64,000 bases of DNA from Cyanophora paradoxa CCMP329 (taxonomy: Eukaryota > Plantae > Glaucophyta). The notes under the pieces are model-generated. The model saw only the letters and a program-made list of their open reading frames with translations, did no database searches and was not told the DNA's origin. Position 1 is the first letter of the stretch; every line of letters begins with the position of its first letter. Position numbers and translations under genes: made by a program. The stretch covers positions 186,001-250,000 of the forward strand of contig QPMI01000445.1 of assembly GCA_004431415.1 (NCBI GenBank). Direction: 5' to 3'. Of this stretch, positions 34,946 through 46,500 are shown in pieces.

Positions 34946-37775
34946 ATGTACTCGTCGCGGAACCGGCGCACTAGCGCGCCGCGCGCCCCGCCGCCTCCCG
35001 TCTGCAGGTGCGTTTGCATTTAATTGCGTGCTGCGCCCATGGCCGCGGCCGGCAGCGGGAGAAGGCGCTAGCATGCCCTTGAATGCCGTTGATTTCATAC
35101 GGCGATCTGCGGCCCTGGTCTCGTTGAGGCTTAGAGCTGCGTTGCGGGGACGTTGAGGACGTCGGCGCTCGTGGCCGATCGCCGAGTCAATTAGGCTTGT
35201 AGGATCCTCTAGTGCTATGCGCTCTAATTGCTGATCGACGAGCACGGGGCGCCGCCTGCAGGTTTTGGAGTGCGGGGCGCTGCCTTCGAGGGTCATCGTG
35301 CACGTTTCGTCACTCGAATGCCTTCGAGGAGCATTCGGAAGTGGCGCTCTGCAGGCTCTGGCTGTCCAGCGGATGTGCGTGCGGGTCCGCCGCGCTAGCG
35401 CTGGTCCGCCGCTTCTCACGTCCCGGCAGTCTGCAAGTTTGGGGCGGACTGCTCCTTCCGCCACACCGGAGACCGCTTCGGCTGGCGCACAGGGACGGTG
35501 CGCCTGCGCCCGTCGCGCGCTTGCCGGCGGCTGCGGTCGGGATTCGATCCGCTGCCCCGCGGGGCGCGCAGGAGATCAGGGGCGAGTCGCCGCTGCTGGA
35601 GGCCCTGCCGGACGAGCTGCTGGCGCTGGTGGTGGCCTTCCTGCCGCTGCGGGACCGCCTCCGCCTGCGCGCCGCGTGCCGCCGTCTCGCCGCCGTCGTC
35701 CACGCCGCCGAGGCCGCCCTCGACTCCGCCGTGCGCCCCCGCGCCCCGCGCCCGCCGCTCGGCCCCGGGCTCGACCGGCGCGCGCCGCAGGCCCTCGGGC
35801 TCCTGCCCTCGCGCCCCGCCCTCCTCCGCTCCTTCGTGGACCGCTTCCCGTCCCTGACCGCGATGGACCTCCGTGGCTGCGAGGCGAGCCCGAGCGCCCC
35901 CGCCCCCGCCCCGCCCCTTTCCTCCCCCTCACGCGTTGCCGGGCCGCCGCAGACCGCGCTCTCGACCCCGTGCCTCCTCGCCGTCGCACGCGCCTCCCCG
36001 CAGCTCGAGGCGGGCCCCCGTACCCCCCCTCCCCCCTCGGCACGCGGGGCTCACGCACCCCGGCAGGTGCTGCGGGTGGCGGGGACGCGGGAGGCGGCGG
36101 CGCGCTCGCGAATGGAGTGCGCCGCCTGCATCGCTATCAACAAGTGCGCCCCGCCCTCCGCCCGCGGTTCTGGAGTCCCAGATTGGAGCCTAGAGCTTTC
36201 GTCATGGACAGCGACGCGTCCCTTTCTCTCCCCTCGCCTTTTCCCTCATCTGCGCCGACGCGCAGCGCGCCGGCGCGGGCGCTGGAGGGCGCGGCGGAGA
36301 GCCTGGCGGCCTCCCTCGCCTCCCGCATCTCCGCCACCGTCCGCGCCACCGCCCACCGCCGCCCGCCCCGCCCCGGCACACGGTGCCCTCCTACCCCGGC
36401 CGCGTTCCGGCCCCTGCGTCCCTGCTACGTCCGCCGACGCGCCGCGCCGCGCCGCAGGGGCTCGAAGTGGTCCCCCGAGGAGACGCCCGACGCGGCCGCC
36501 GCCCGCATCGCCTCGGTCGCCCGCTCCATGCGCTTCGGTGGCGGCCCCGCGACCCCCGGCCGCCTTGCTCCGTGCCGCTCACGCCTCGGTCTTGTCCAGG
36601 CGCCCTCCGCGAGCTCGAGATCTGCTTCACGGACGGCGTGCGCCGCCCCTCGGCCACCCGCCGCCCCTCGGCCGCGCCGGACGCCGCCCCCGCAGCTCGG
36701 GGGCCCCGCTCTGGCGTCCCTGCTGGGGGCGGCGGCGGCCGGGGGCGCCCTGCAAACGGTCTCGCTGCGGGGCGAGCCCTGCCTGACCGACGAGGCGCTG
36801 TCGGCCCTCGCCCGCGCCAGCCCCCACCTCCAGGTCCGCCCCTGGCCCGGCCCCTGCGCGCGCCCCGCCCGCTCAGCGCGCCGGCAGCGGCTGGACGTCT
36901 CCTTCTGCGTGCGGCTGACGGACGCGGCGCCGCGCGCCCTCGCCGCCGCCTGCCCCGCCCTTGAGACACTTGCCCTCGCCTGGTCCGCCCCGCCCGCCGC
37001 CCGGCCCGCCGGCCCCCGCGTCTCGCCAAGGGACGGGCAGGTGCCCGTGCCTGACGGACGAGGCGGCGGCGGCCTTCCTCGCGCACCCGGCCCTGCGCCG
37101 GTTCGACGCGACGGGGGCCCGCGGCATCGGCGCCCCCGCCCTCGACCGCCTCGCCGCCTCCAAGCCGCCCCTCGAGGCCTCCCGCGCCCCCGCGGCCTCC
37201 GCGGCGGGGCCGGGGTCGGGGAAGGCACGCGGGGGCGTGGACGTGGCGCGGGACCAGGGCCGGCCCCGCCTCACCGTCGGGCAGGGGCCCCTCGGCCCCG
37301 ACACGGTCCCCGCCCCGCCCCCCCGCCCCCCCGGCCCCCCGCCGCCCCGTTGGCTTCTCTCGCGGCTCATCGCGGGGCGGGCGGGGCCAGATCGCGACGC
37401 TGTTCGACGTGCTCTTCCAGTCCATCAGCGACATCGACGAGCTCTTCACCTACGAGGGCCCGCCCCGCCCCTCCCCGCCGCCCCTCCCCCGCTGAGGGGC
37501 GGGGCAGACGCGCCGGCCCTCGGCGCCCTCGGCGGCGTCGGCTTTGTCGACCTCCACGCGTACGGCGACGAGGTGCCGGCCCCCTCCGCGCTGCCTCTCA
37601 TGTCGCCCCCCTCGACGCCCTCGTCCCCTCCCAGGACGAGGACGAGGCGGACGACTCGAACGACGAGTACGCCTTCGAAGGGGTCCGCCCCTCCCTCCCT
37701 CCGGCCCCGCCCTGTACCCCGCTCTCCAGGTCCCAGCGCGCGCAGGACCCGGACGTCTGGCACGAGTACGACTGA
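34946..37775 (+). CDS. Tandem CCCH zinc finger + F-box + LRR protein with acidic C-terminus (multi-exon)
   Basis: Spliced VC|RFWSAGRCLRGSSCTFRH and LCRLWLSSGF|CKFGADCSFRH (C-x8-C-x5-C-x3-H-like); F-box LLEALPDELLALVVAFLPLRDRLRLRAACRRL; LRRs LQTVSLRGEPCLTDEALSALARASPHL and LDVSFCVRLTDAAPRALAAACPALETLAL; stop TGA at 37773-37775. Confidence 0.8.
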
Positions 37776-37970
37776 GCCGGGGCCCGCGCTGCGGCCGGGG
37801 CTTGGGCGACATGTACATTACAGCGTGTAATTAACTCGCGACAGCACTGTCGGCTCCTCTCGGAGAGCTCCGAGCTCGCGGGGCCCGGCGGCCGGCGAGG
37901 GGCCAGCGCGGCGGCCATGGCCAGCTGCAGGGAGCCGAGACGGGGGATACGTAGGAGACGCGGAGACCGG

Positions 37971-38043
37971 AGGGGCAAAGGGTCGCACGCCGTCAGGACT
38001 ATAGCCCAGGGGCAAAGGGTCGCACGCCGTCAGGACTATAGCC
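37971..38043 (+). repeat. 36-bp perfect tandem duplication
   Basis: AGGGGCAAAGGGTCGCACGCCGTCAGGACTATAGCC at 37971-38006 and 38008-38043. Confidence 0.9.
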
Positions 38044-38053
38044 TATACGCATA

Positions 38054-38342
38054 AGGCTGCGGCCACCCGGCGGCAGCGCGGGCTACTCCATGGAGCCGCG
38101 GGTGACGCCGAGCTGGGAGAGGAGCTTGAGCTCGCGCCAGAGGTCGGCGGCGGAGAGCTCGCCGCGGGCGAGGGCGCCGTAGCACTCGAGGGTGCGCCGC
38201 ACGCGCCCGGGCCCCTCGTCCACGAACTCGACCCGGAAGGCCCGCGCCCCGGCCCCCGCCAGCCGCCCGAAGTGCTCCGCCCCCGTCTGCGCCCTCCCGT
38301 TGTACACCGTGTTCCGGCACCCCGCGTCCCCCTGCGCGCGCG
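38054..38342 (-). pseudogene. Inverted near-identical duplicate of the last exon, acceptor site and proximal 3' UTR of the U32 gene
   Basis: Reverse complement of ~47330-47619 (GDAGCRNTVYNGRAQTGAEH...GVTRGSME*), differing at only a few bases (SAAD vs SGAD). No upstream U32 exons are present. Confidence 0.85.
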
Positions 38343-38400
38343 GCGGGTCGGATGATGGAATCGAGAGGGAGCCAGCGCTATGGTCCCTCTTGCACCTTCG

Positions 38401-39569
38401 CTACCTCCGCCGCCGCTTGCGATTGCTTGGAGCTGGTGCTCCCGCCACGGCCCCGCCCCCATCCGCCGTGCCCTCCGCCGCCTCCGCCGCCTCCCTTCCT
38501 GCGCGCGGCCTCCGCGCGGCGGTCCCCTCCTCCGCGGCGGCGGCCGGTGGGGCCTCGGGGGTGTCCGGCAGGGCGAGGGGCGCACAGGGCGCGGCGGCGG
38601 GGGCCCCTCCGAGGAGGGGGGCCCAGGCCGAGTCGGGTACGATGAACCGGTAAGGCAGGTGCTTGTCCGGTCCCGCGTAGTCGATCCCCACTGCGCCGCG
38701 CGCCGTCAATCGCGTCCCCGAGAGGCGTGGGGGGGAAGGGGAGGGGGGGTACCCACCCCGGGGCCCGACGACGACGGCGCTGGGGGGTACGGAGATGCCG
38801 CGGTCCTCGATCCAGAGGGAGCCCTCGCCGGGGCGCGTGACGGGCCGCGCGTTGTGCTTCACGGAGAGGCCGAGCGCCGCCGCCAGCATGCCTGCGCCGC
38901 GCGGCGCGCCGGTCATGGCGGCGGCGCACGGGGAGCCGGCGGGGGCGGGGCGGGGCGGGGCGCGCCGGGCCCGGCGGCGACGCGGTCGTCCAGCGCGCCC
39001 TTCCCGCGCCGGCGGAGCATCGCCGCGACGCCCTCCAGCGGCTGCAGTGCCCGCACCAGCACCGCGTGCGGCCTCCCCTCCTCCCGCACCACCACGTTCA
39101 GCTGCGCCCCCGCCGCGGGGTCGCTCGCAGGCTGCAACGATGGCCGCGAGGCGGGAGGAGGCCGCACCAGCTCGTACATGTGGCACCTGTAGATGTAGGA
39201 GACGCCGCAGGGCCCGAACATGACCTCCGTGCGCGCCGTCCGCCGGTTTCCGTACGCGTGGCACGCCCGGTCCTCTGCGCCCTGCGCATGCACAAGGAGT
39301 CGGCGTGAACGATCTGCAGCGGATCTGCTGAGCATTCACCCTCACCGCACCTCGTACGCCTCAGTCTCGGTAATGATGCCCGCGGTTGTGCAGCAGCGGC
39401 CGTCGAATTCGAAGCAAGTCACCAGGACCTTCCCGAGCAGCGCACGCGCGGTTTCGACTGCCGATCCCAGGAAGAACTCCTGTCGCAGCACCTGGCCCGG
39501 AACGCCTCCGTACGCGGCGAGCAGCGCCGCGTGGAGCCTCCGCGCCGCCTCCGCCCTCGCCTTCGCCAT
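38401..39569 (-). CDS. MPG: DNA-3-methyladenine glycosylase (MPG/AAG family), 5 exons
   Basis: ARALLGKVLV...GIITETEAYE|GAEDRACHAY..RRTARTEVMFGP.G.SYIY..|LNVV..EG..HAVLVRALQP..AAGPG|ML..GPR|VGIDYAG..LPYRF; C-terminal basic NLS-like RKRRRR. Confidence 0.93.
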
Positions 39570-39878
39570 CGAGCGCGGGTCCCTCGAACACGCCGGAGGC
39601 GCTGGCAAAGTTCGGAGAGCGTGCAATGCGGCGCTGCTGGATCGCCCCGCTGGTTGCTGCACCCTGCGGAGTGCCCGAGAATCGATTCGCCTCGCTGGTT
39701 GCTGAGTGATGTTGCCTTGTTGCTTGATGGGGCTATGTGCGCTCGTCAGAGTGCCCGAGAGTCGGCGGTAGTGCTTTCCACCAAGGCCGCTGGCAAGGCG
39801 GTGGGGGGGTATAATAACAAGTCACATCAACAGTACCCCGCCAGCCACCACCTTTTGCGGGCGCTAGGGCGAAACAGG

Positions 39879-42543
39879 ATGAGCCCGAGCTCGGCAAGCG
39901 CGGTCGGGAACACGGCCGAAGTGCCTCCGCGCATAGAGCCTGGCACGGTTGTCTGGGGGCGAGGCCAGGGTTTTCCGTGGTGCGTTCTGGCCTCGATATC
40001 GCCTTAGCGGAGCGCGCAGAAGCGCCGGCGCCGCGGTCCTATCGCCGCCGACTTCGCTCCGGCGAACCGTATCGCGAGCTCACACGGCGTCTTCCTAGCT
40101 CTCCGAGCCCTCCCCGTCGCTTATTCAGCCTTATCCTCCCTCCCATAGAGCTATTGCCTCGGCCGCGAGGCGTCGCTCCGCGTTAGCACGTCGCCGAGCT
40201 CGACCGTCGCCGCCGACCCCAAGTGCTGGCTCCGAGCCGAGTCTCGAAGCCTTTCGAGAGCGAAAGCGCGGCTGCGCAACACTCGCTGACGCTACTTTCG
40301 CGCCAGGTGGCCCTGCTTGATCGTGGATGAGACGAAGGTGAAGGACGCGCGCGTGCGGGCGGAGCGCAAGCCCGGGAGGACGCTCTGCATCAGCCTCGGC
40401 GACAACAAGTACGTGTGGGTGAAGAAGGAGAACATCCGGTCCGCCTCCGCGCCGCCCGCGGCCGGCTCGCGCCCCCTGCAGGCTCCTGACTCGCCACGGC
40501 TGTCGCAGCGACTTTGAGAGCTGCAGGGGCGAGATATCGAAGCAGAAGGCGCGCGGGGTGGGGCGGGGCGGAGCGGGGCGGGGCGGGCGGCTGAGGGGGC
40601 GGGGCGGGGCAGGTGCGGGAGGAGCTGCGGGGGGACTTCGAGCGGGCGCTGGTGGACGCCGAGGAGTACGCCAACGGCGGCGACGCCGACGCCGACGCCG
40701 CCGACGACGACGAGGAGGAAGGCGGTTCCTCTGGTGCGCCCCGCGGCGTTTCCCGCCCCGGCCCCGCCGGCGGCGCTGGCGACGACGCTGAGGGAGGGGC
40801 AGGGCGGGCGGGGGAGGCGGGCGGGGCGGGCGGGTCGCCGCGGAGGAACGGGGGCCTGCCGATGTCCGTGGCCGCCTACCGCGTCCTCACGCAGCGCAAG
40901 TCCGCCCTCGCCGCCGCCGACATCGCCGAGGCGAGCCCCCGCCCCCCCGCCCCGCCCCGCCCCGCCCCGCCCGTGCCCGCGCCGGCGACTGAGGTTGGAG
41001 CGGGGCGGGCAGGCGGCGGTGCAGGCGGGGATGCTGCCGGGCCCGGCCGACAGCAAGCTGGCCGAGCGCTTCGGCAACGCCATCCGCAACCACATGAAGC
41101 ACCACCACGGCGTGCGCCCCGCCGTTTCTGGCCCCTCCCCGCCCCGCCCAACGGAGCTCGGCCGCAGGCGAGCCCCTTCTGCCGGGAGGGCAAAGGCCTC
41201 TGGGGCCTGCTCCCCGACGTGCCGTACCCCACCTACGTCCGGGGGAGCGCGCGGCCGGCGGCGAGCCCCGCGGGGCGGGCGTCCGCGGAGGAGCGGCCGC
41301 GGAAGCGGAGGCGGCCGGCGCAGGAGGAGGAGGAGGACGGGGAGGACGAGGCGGGGGAGGAGGAGGAGGAAGAGGACGACGAGGAGGAGGGCGAGGAGGA
41401 GGCGGGGCGGGCGCGGGGGCGGGCGCGGAGCAGCGCGCCGAGCAGCAGCGGCGGGGGTGGCGGGGGCGGCGGGGGCCTGGTGGCGTCGTCGCCGGAGGCG
41501 CGGGCGGCGTGCCGGGAGGTGGCGGAGACGGTGCTGAGGGACGCGGGGCGGCCGCTCTCGCCGGCGGAGATCCTGCAGCGGGCGCAGCGGGCGGTGCCGG
41601 GGCTCGCGGGGCTCGGCCTGGCGGTCATGGAGGGGACGCTGCGGGGCGAGGTGACCCGCCGGCGCGACCGCACGGCCCTCGTCGCCGTCTCGGGCGACCT
41701 CTACGGCCTCAAGGCCTGGACCGAGGTCCCCAAGGAGGCCCGCGCCGCCGCCCGCGCCGCCGCCCGCAGCTCCCTCGCCTCCAAGCGCGCCCGCGGCGGC
41801 GCCGGCTCCGGCCTCTCCGAGGCCAGCGAGGGCGAGGCCGCCGCCTCCCGCCCCGCCCCCCGGGCCCCGCCGCCGGACGCCCCGCCAGCGCGGGGCCGGC
41901 GTCGGGCCGGCCCCATCCGCGCCCGCCGCCGCGGCGGGGGCGGGGGCGAGCAAGGCGGAGCCGGCGGCGGAGAGCGCGGCGGGGTCTCTGTGGTCGCCAG
42001 CGCGCCGGCCGCGCCGGCCCCTCCGGCGGGGGCGCCCCCGACGCGGCGGCCAAGTCCCCGCAGGCGCCGGCGGGCGCGGCCGCCTCCTCGTCCTCCGCTG
42101 GGGCGGCGGCGGGGCGGGGAAGGCGGGGGCGACGGCGGGGGCGGGGCAGAAGGCGGCGGGGCGGCCGGTGTGGACGGTGAAGGAGATCTCCATACGGCGC
42201 GTCGGGGCCAAGCGCGGCGTCGCGGTGCGCGGCCGCCCCTCGAGCCCCTCGCCCCGCCCCCGGGCCTCACCCTCCTCCCCGCGCCCGCCCCGCAGGTCGC
42301 GTGCCCGCCGACGATGGAGCAGCTGCTGCGGCTCGCCTCGAGCCAGCTCGGCGCCCGCGTCGTCGAGATATGGAACAAGGCGCGCCCGCCCCGCCCCGCC
42401 CCGCCGCCCCCGCCCCCTCTGAGCGCCGGCCGGCGCCGCCCCCGCAGAACTCGGACCGGGTGAACGACATCCGGACGATCCTGGCGACGGCGGGGGACGT
42501 CTACTACGGCGCCACCCAGGCCGACGTCGACGCCATCGAGTAG
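39879..42543 (+). CDS. Chromatin protein: PWWP + two HARE-HTH (winged helix) domains + C-terminal KHA/DCX-like domain
   Basis: GTVVWGRGQGFPW|WPCLI..LGDNKYVWVKKENI (PWWP); SVAAYRVL..DIAE|AAVQAG..PFCREGKGLWGL and VAETVLRDAGRPLSPAEIL..VSGDLYGLKAW (HARE-HTH pattern); acidic tracts; CPPTMEQLLRLASSQLG..IWNK|NSDRVNDIRTI. Confidence 0.75.
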
Positions 42544-42705
42544 GCAGCGGCGGCTGCCCTCGCCCGCTGCGGACGCGCGCCCCGTCGCGCGTCTACCGTG
42601 GCTTTCCAGCACCAGTGAACCCGGACAGAGAGCTAGGGGCAAGAGGAAACAGGCTGGCTAGCTAGCGCGCCCTGCAGACTCTATGTACACACACCGCAGC
42701 ACGGC

Positions 42706-43423
42706 CTATCGGACCACGATAACAGTGCAGCCTGCGGGGCGGGGGTGAGCGGGGCGGGGGGGCGGGGCGGGGCGGGGGCGGGCGGGCCGGCGCTCTTGAG
42801 GACGTGCTCGGAGGTGGAGCCCATGAGGAGGCGCTCGGACTCGTTGAGGCCGCGGCGGCCCACGACGAGCACGTCCACCTTCGCGTCGTCCGCCGCCGCG
42901 ATGAGCTTCTCCCGCGCGCTCCCCACCAGCTCCACGCACTTCGCCGCCACGCCCGCCTGCTGCGCCAGCGCGCTGTACTTCTGCAGGATTCCCGCGCTAT
43001 GCTCCCGCGTCTTCTTGTTCAACTCCTCCTCAATGTGCATGTAGTACGCTTTAAGACCTGCAGCGGGGCTCGATCAGCGTTGCCGATGCCCGCCGCTCAA
43101 CCGGCGACGGCCGCGGGCGCCCGGGCCGTGACGGCGGCGCCGCGCGTACGCGGCTAACCTGGATGGTCCACGACCTCCGCTGCGCGCGGGGACGCGGCGA
43201 TCGGTAAGTGGAAGGAGAGGGATGACAGCGACAAAGCGCACAGCAGGTCGCGAGGAGGAGCTCGTCCCCCGGCTTCATCCACGCTCCTAGAGTCATCTGG
43301 TATGCAGTAAGACGCCACGACACGGCTGCCAGGCTGGAGCGCGCTGCGCTGGCCCGATCGATACCGCACCCTAAACGCTTTGTCGGCGCCCTCGCTGCCA
43401 TCTACCGCGACGAGGTAGCGCAT
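42706..43423 (-). CDS. Universal stress protein (UspA family)
   Basis: MRYLVAVDGSEGADKAF...GSAREKLIAAADDAKVDVLVVGRRGL...LLMGSTSEHVLKSAG|CTVIVVR*. Confidence 0.92.
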
Positions 43424-43528
43424 TTTGTCTGTGTACACGAAGTCTTTGATGGTCGCACAGTCTTCGGTTCTTCACAGGGGTGTTTTGTAGGGTGTACCCC
43501 AGTGGCGGCAGAATCCGAAGGCAGGCGA

Positions 43529-46500
43529 ATGGAGGACCCGACCGCAGCAGCTGCACCTGCAGCTGTGTTCGTTGCGGGTGCAGGAGTTCCGGCGCGCCCC
43601 GCGGCCTCCTCGGTCACGCCCTTTGGCCACCCGCTCGCCGTTCCCGTACGCACGTGCAACGCCCCGCGAGAAAGATCTAGGAGCACCGCTACAACAAGGT
43701 GCATGCGATCGCCCGCCCGGCGCTTCGTGGCCGCCTCACCGGCCCTCATTCCACGCCGCAGAAGGAATCCGGGGCTGCAGCTTCGTTCTAGCTTTGTAGG
43801 GGGCTCCGCTCGGCAGCTCTTCCGTGCCGCGGCAGCGCCGCCGAGCTCGGCCCCGCGAACGGCGCGAACTCGAGATGTCGTCCAGGCCGTCAGCGTGCCT
43901 GCGAAGAAAAGCCGATCATCTAGCTCCAGCCCAGAGCGCGCGAGAGCCCCCAGCAGGCCCGAGCTCCTCGCGGTGCGGTCCCCGCCGGCGCCTCCGGATC
44001 CCCTCTGAAGCGGCCTCATGCTCGCCTGCAGCCCGCGGGCAACTGGGACTGTGCGCGGGCGGCGGTGGAGAACGGCGCGGATGCCATCTATTTCGTGCGC
44101 CTGCGCCTCCCGCCTCGCACGGCCTGCTCCCACGCCGGGCCTCCTCCCACGCCGGGCCTTCTCCCCCGCCCCGCCTCGCCACATCGCCTCCTGCCCCGCC
44201 CGGCTATCGGCGGCCCCTCCCGCGGCCCGCCGACCGCCTATCCTTGGGGCGCAGGGCCTGGACCAGTTCAACGCGCGGCTGCGGGCGGACAACTTCACGG
44301 AGGCCGACCTGCCGGGCCTCATGCAGTTCCTCCACTCCCGCGGCGTCAAGGGGTACGTCACCCTCAACACGCTGGCCTTCACCACCGAGCTCCCCGACGT
44401 CGAGAAGTACCTCCGCTCCGTCATCGCCGCCGGTACCCCCTTCCGAGCCGCCCCGTACCCCTCCGGCCTCCCCTCAGCTCGCCCCGCAGGCGTGGACGCG
44501 CTGATCGTGCAGGACGTCGGCGTCTGCAAGCTCATACGGCACCTGAGCCCCGACTTCCCCATACACGCCTCCACGCAGATGGCCCGCCCCCCTGCAGCCC
44601 GCCCCGCCCGCCCCCTCCCCCCTGACCCCCGCGCAGACGGTCACGAGCGACGCCGGGGTGCAGTTCGCGGAGGCGCTGGGCTGCAGCGTCGTCGTGCTGG
44701 CGCGCGAGTGCACCATCGGCGAGATCGCCGAGATCCAGAGGCAGAGCCCCGTGCAGGCCCGCTCTCCCGCCCCCGCCCCCGCCCCCGCCCCGCCCTTTGC
44801 TTCTCTCCTCACCGCCACGCCCCCCTCAGGTCCCCCTGGAAGTGTTCGTTCGTCTCCCCGCGAGGCAGGCCGCCCGCCCGGCGCCGACGGGGCCGGCCGG
44901 CGCGCAGATTCGTGCACGGGGCGCTCTGCGTGGCGTACAGCGGGCAGTGCCTGACGAGCGAGGCGCTGGGCGGGCGCTCGGCGAACCGGGGCGAGTGTGC
45001 GCAGGCGTGCCGCATGCAGTACCGTCTGCTGGCGGACGGGAAGGAGGTGGACCTGGGCGGGCGCGAGTACCTGCTCTCCCCGCAGGACCTGTGCGGGGCG
45101 GAGCTGCTGCCGCAGCTCGTGGCGGCCGGCGTCTCCTCCCTCAAGATCGAGGGCCGCCTGAAGACGCCCGAGTACGTGGCGAGCGTCGTCCGCGTCTACC
45201 GTGAGGCCCTCGACCGCGCCGCCGCCGCCGCCGCCCCCGTCGTCCGCCCCCGCCTCTGCCCCCCGCCCGCCGGCGGCCCCGCCGGCTGACGGGGCGGGCG
45301 GGGGCCGGCAGGAGGACCCGCGGGAGGCGGCGCCGCAGCCGCTGACGGCGGCGCAGCGGTACGAGCTCGAGATGGCCTTCTCCAGGGGGCTCTCCCCGGG
45401 CTGGCTCGCCGGCATCGACAACCAGGTCTGTGGGAGGGGCCGCCGGGGCTCGTCCCGGGGCTCCGTCCGAACCCTTGTCGCCGGCAGCGGCTGGTGCACG
45501 CGCGGTTCGGGAAGAAGCGCGGGGCGCGCGTGGGGGTCGTGCGCTCGGTGGACGCCCGGGCGCGGCGCGTGGTGATCGGGGGGGTGGAGGCCTCGGCGGC
45601 CCTCAAGCCCGGCGACGGCGTCGTCTTCGACGCCGGGCGCCCCGCCGAGGGCGAGCCCGGCGGCTTCGTCTACGAGGTCGAGCCGGGGCGCGCCCGCGGC
45701 TCCCTCGTCGCCGCCTTCGGCCCCCGCACGGACGTCCGCCGCGTGCGCCCCGGCGACATCGTGTGGAAGACCAGCGACCCCGCCCTCTCCAGGGCCCTCC
45801 GCAAGAGCTGGGCCCCGGCCCGCTCCGAGGCCGAGGCCGCCGGCGCCGCCGCCGCCGGCGAGGCCTCCGCCGGCTCCGGTACCCCCGTCCGCTTCCGCCG
45901 CCCCATCGAGATCGAGGTGCGCGGGGCGGGGGCGGGGCCTGGGCGGCCCCTGACAGGCGCGGCGACCGGGGGCGGGCAGGTCCGGGGGCGGCTCGGGGAG
46001 CCGCTCTCGGCGGTGGCGCGGGACCCCGAGACGGGCGTGACGGCCGCGGCGCGCTCGGAGGGGCCCCTCGAGGCCGCCCGCAGCCGGCCCCTCACCCGCG
46101 ACTCCCTCCTCGAGCAGCTGGCCCGCGCCCCCCGCCCCGCCCGCCCCGCCGCGCGCTGAGGGTTTGAGGGCAGGGGCGGCTGGGGAACACGCCGTTCGCG
46201 CTGGAGGAGGGGGGCCTGGAGAGCGCGGGGCTGGACCTCGCGGCCGGCCTCGCGCTGCCGGTCTCGGAGCTGAACCGCCTGCGGCGCGCCCTCGTGGAGT
46301 CCCTCGAGGCCGCCCGCGCCGCCCCGCGCCGCTGGAGCCTCGCCCCGCCCGCCGCCGCCTCCTACCGCACCGCCCTCCGCTTCCCCGAGCAGCGCGCCCC
46401 GGGCGCCGCGGCGGCGGCGGAGGCTGCGGCGGCGGAGATCGTGCCGCTGGTGCGGAGCGGGGGCGCGCAGCTGCGGGCGGCGCTGGAGGGGCGGCCGGGG

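Noticed and set aside
38083-38401. MPG-U32 translational fusion
   Set aside because: MPG has its own TAG at 38401-38403 before the duplicated exon; a fusion would require an unproven alternative splice.
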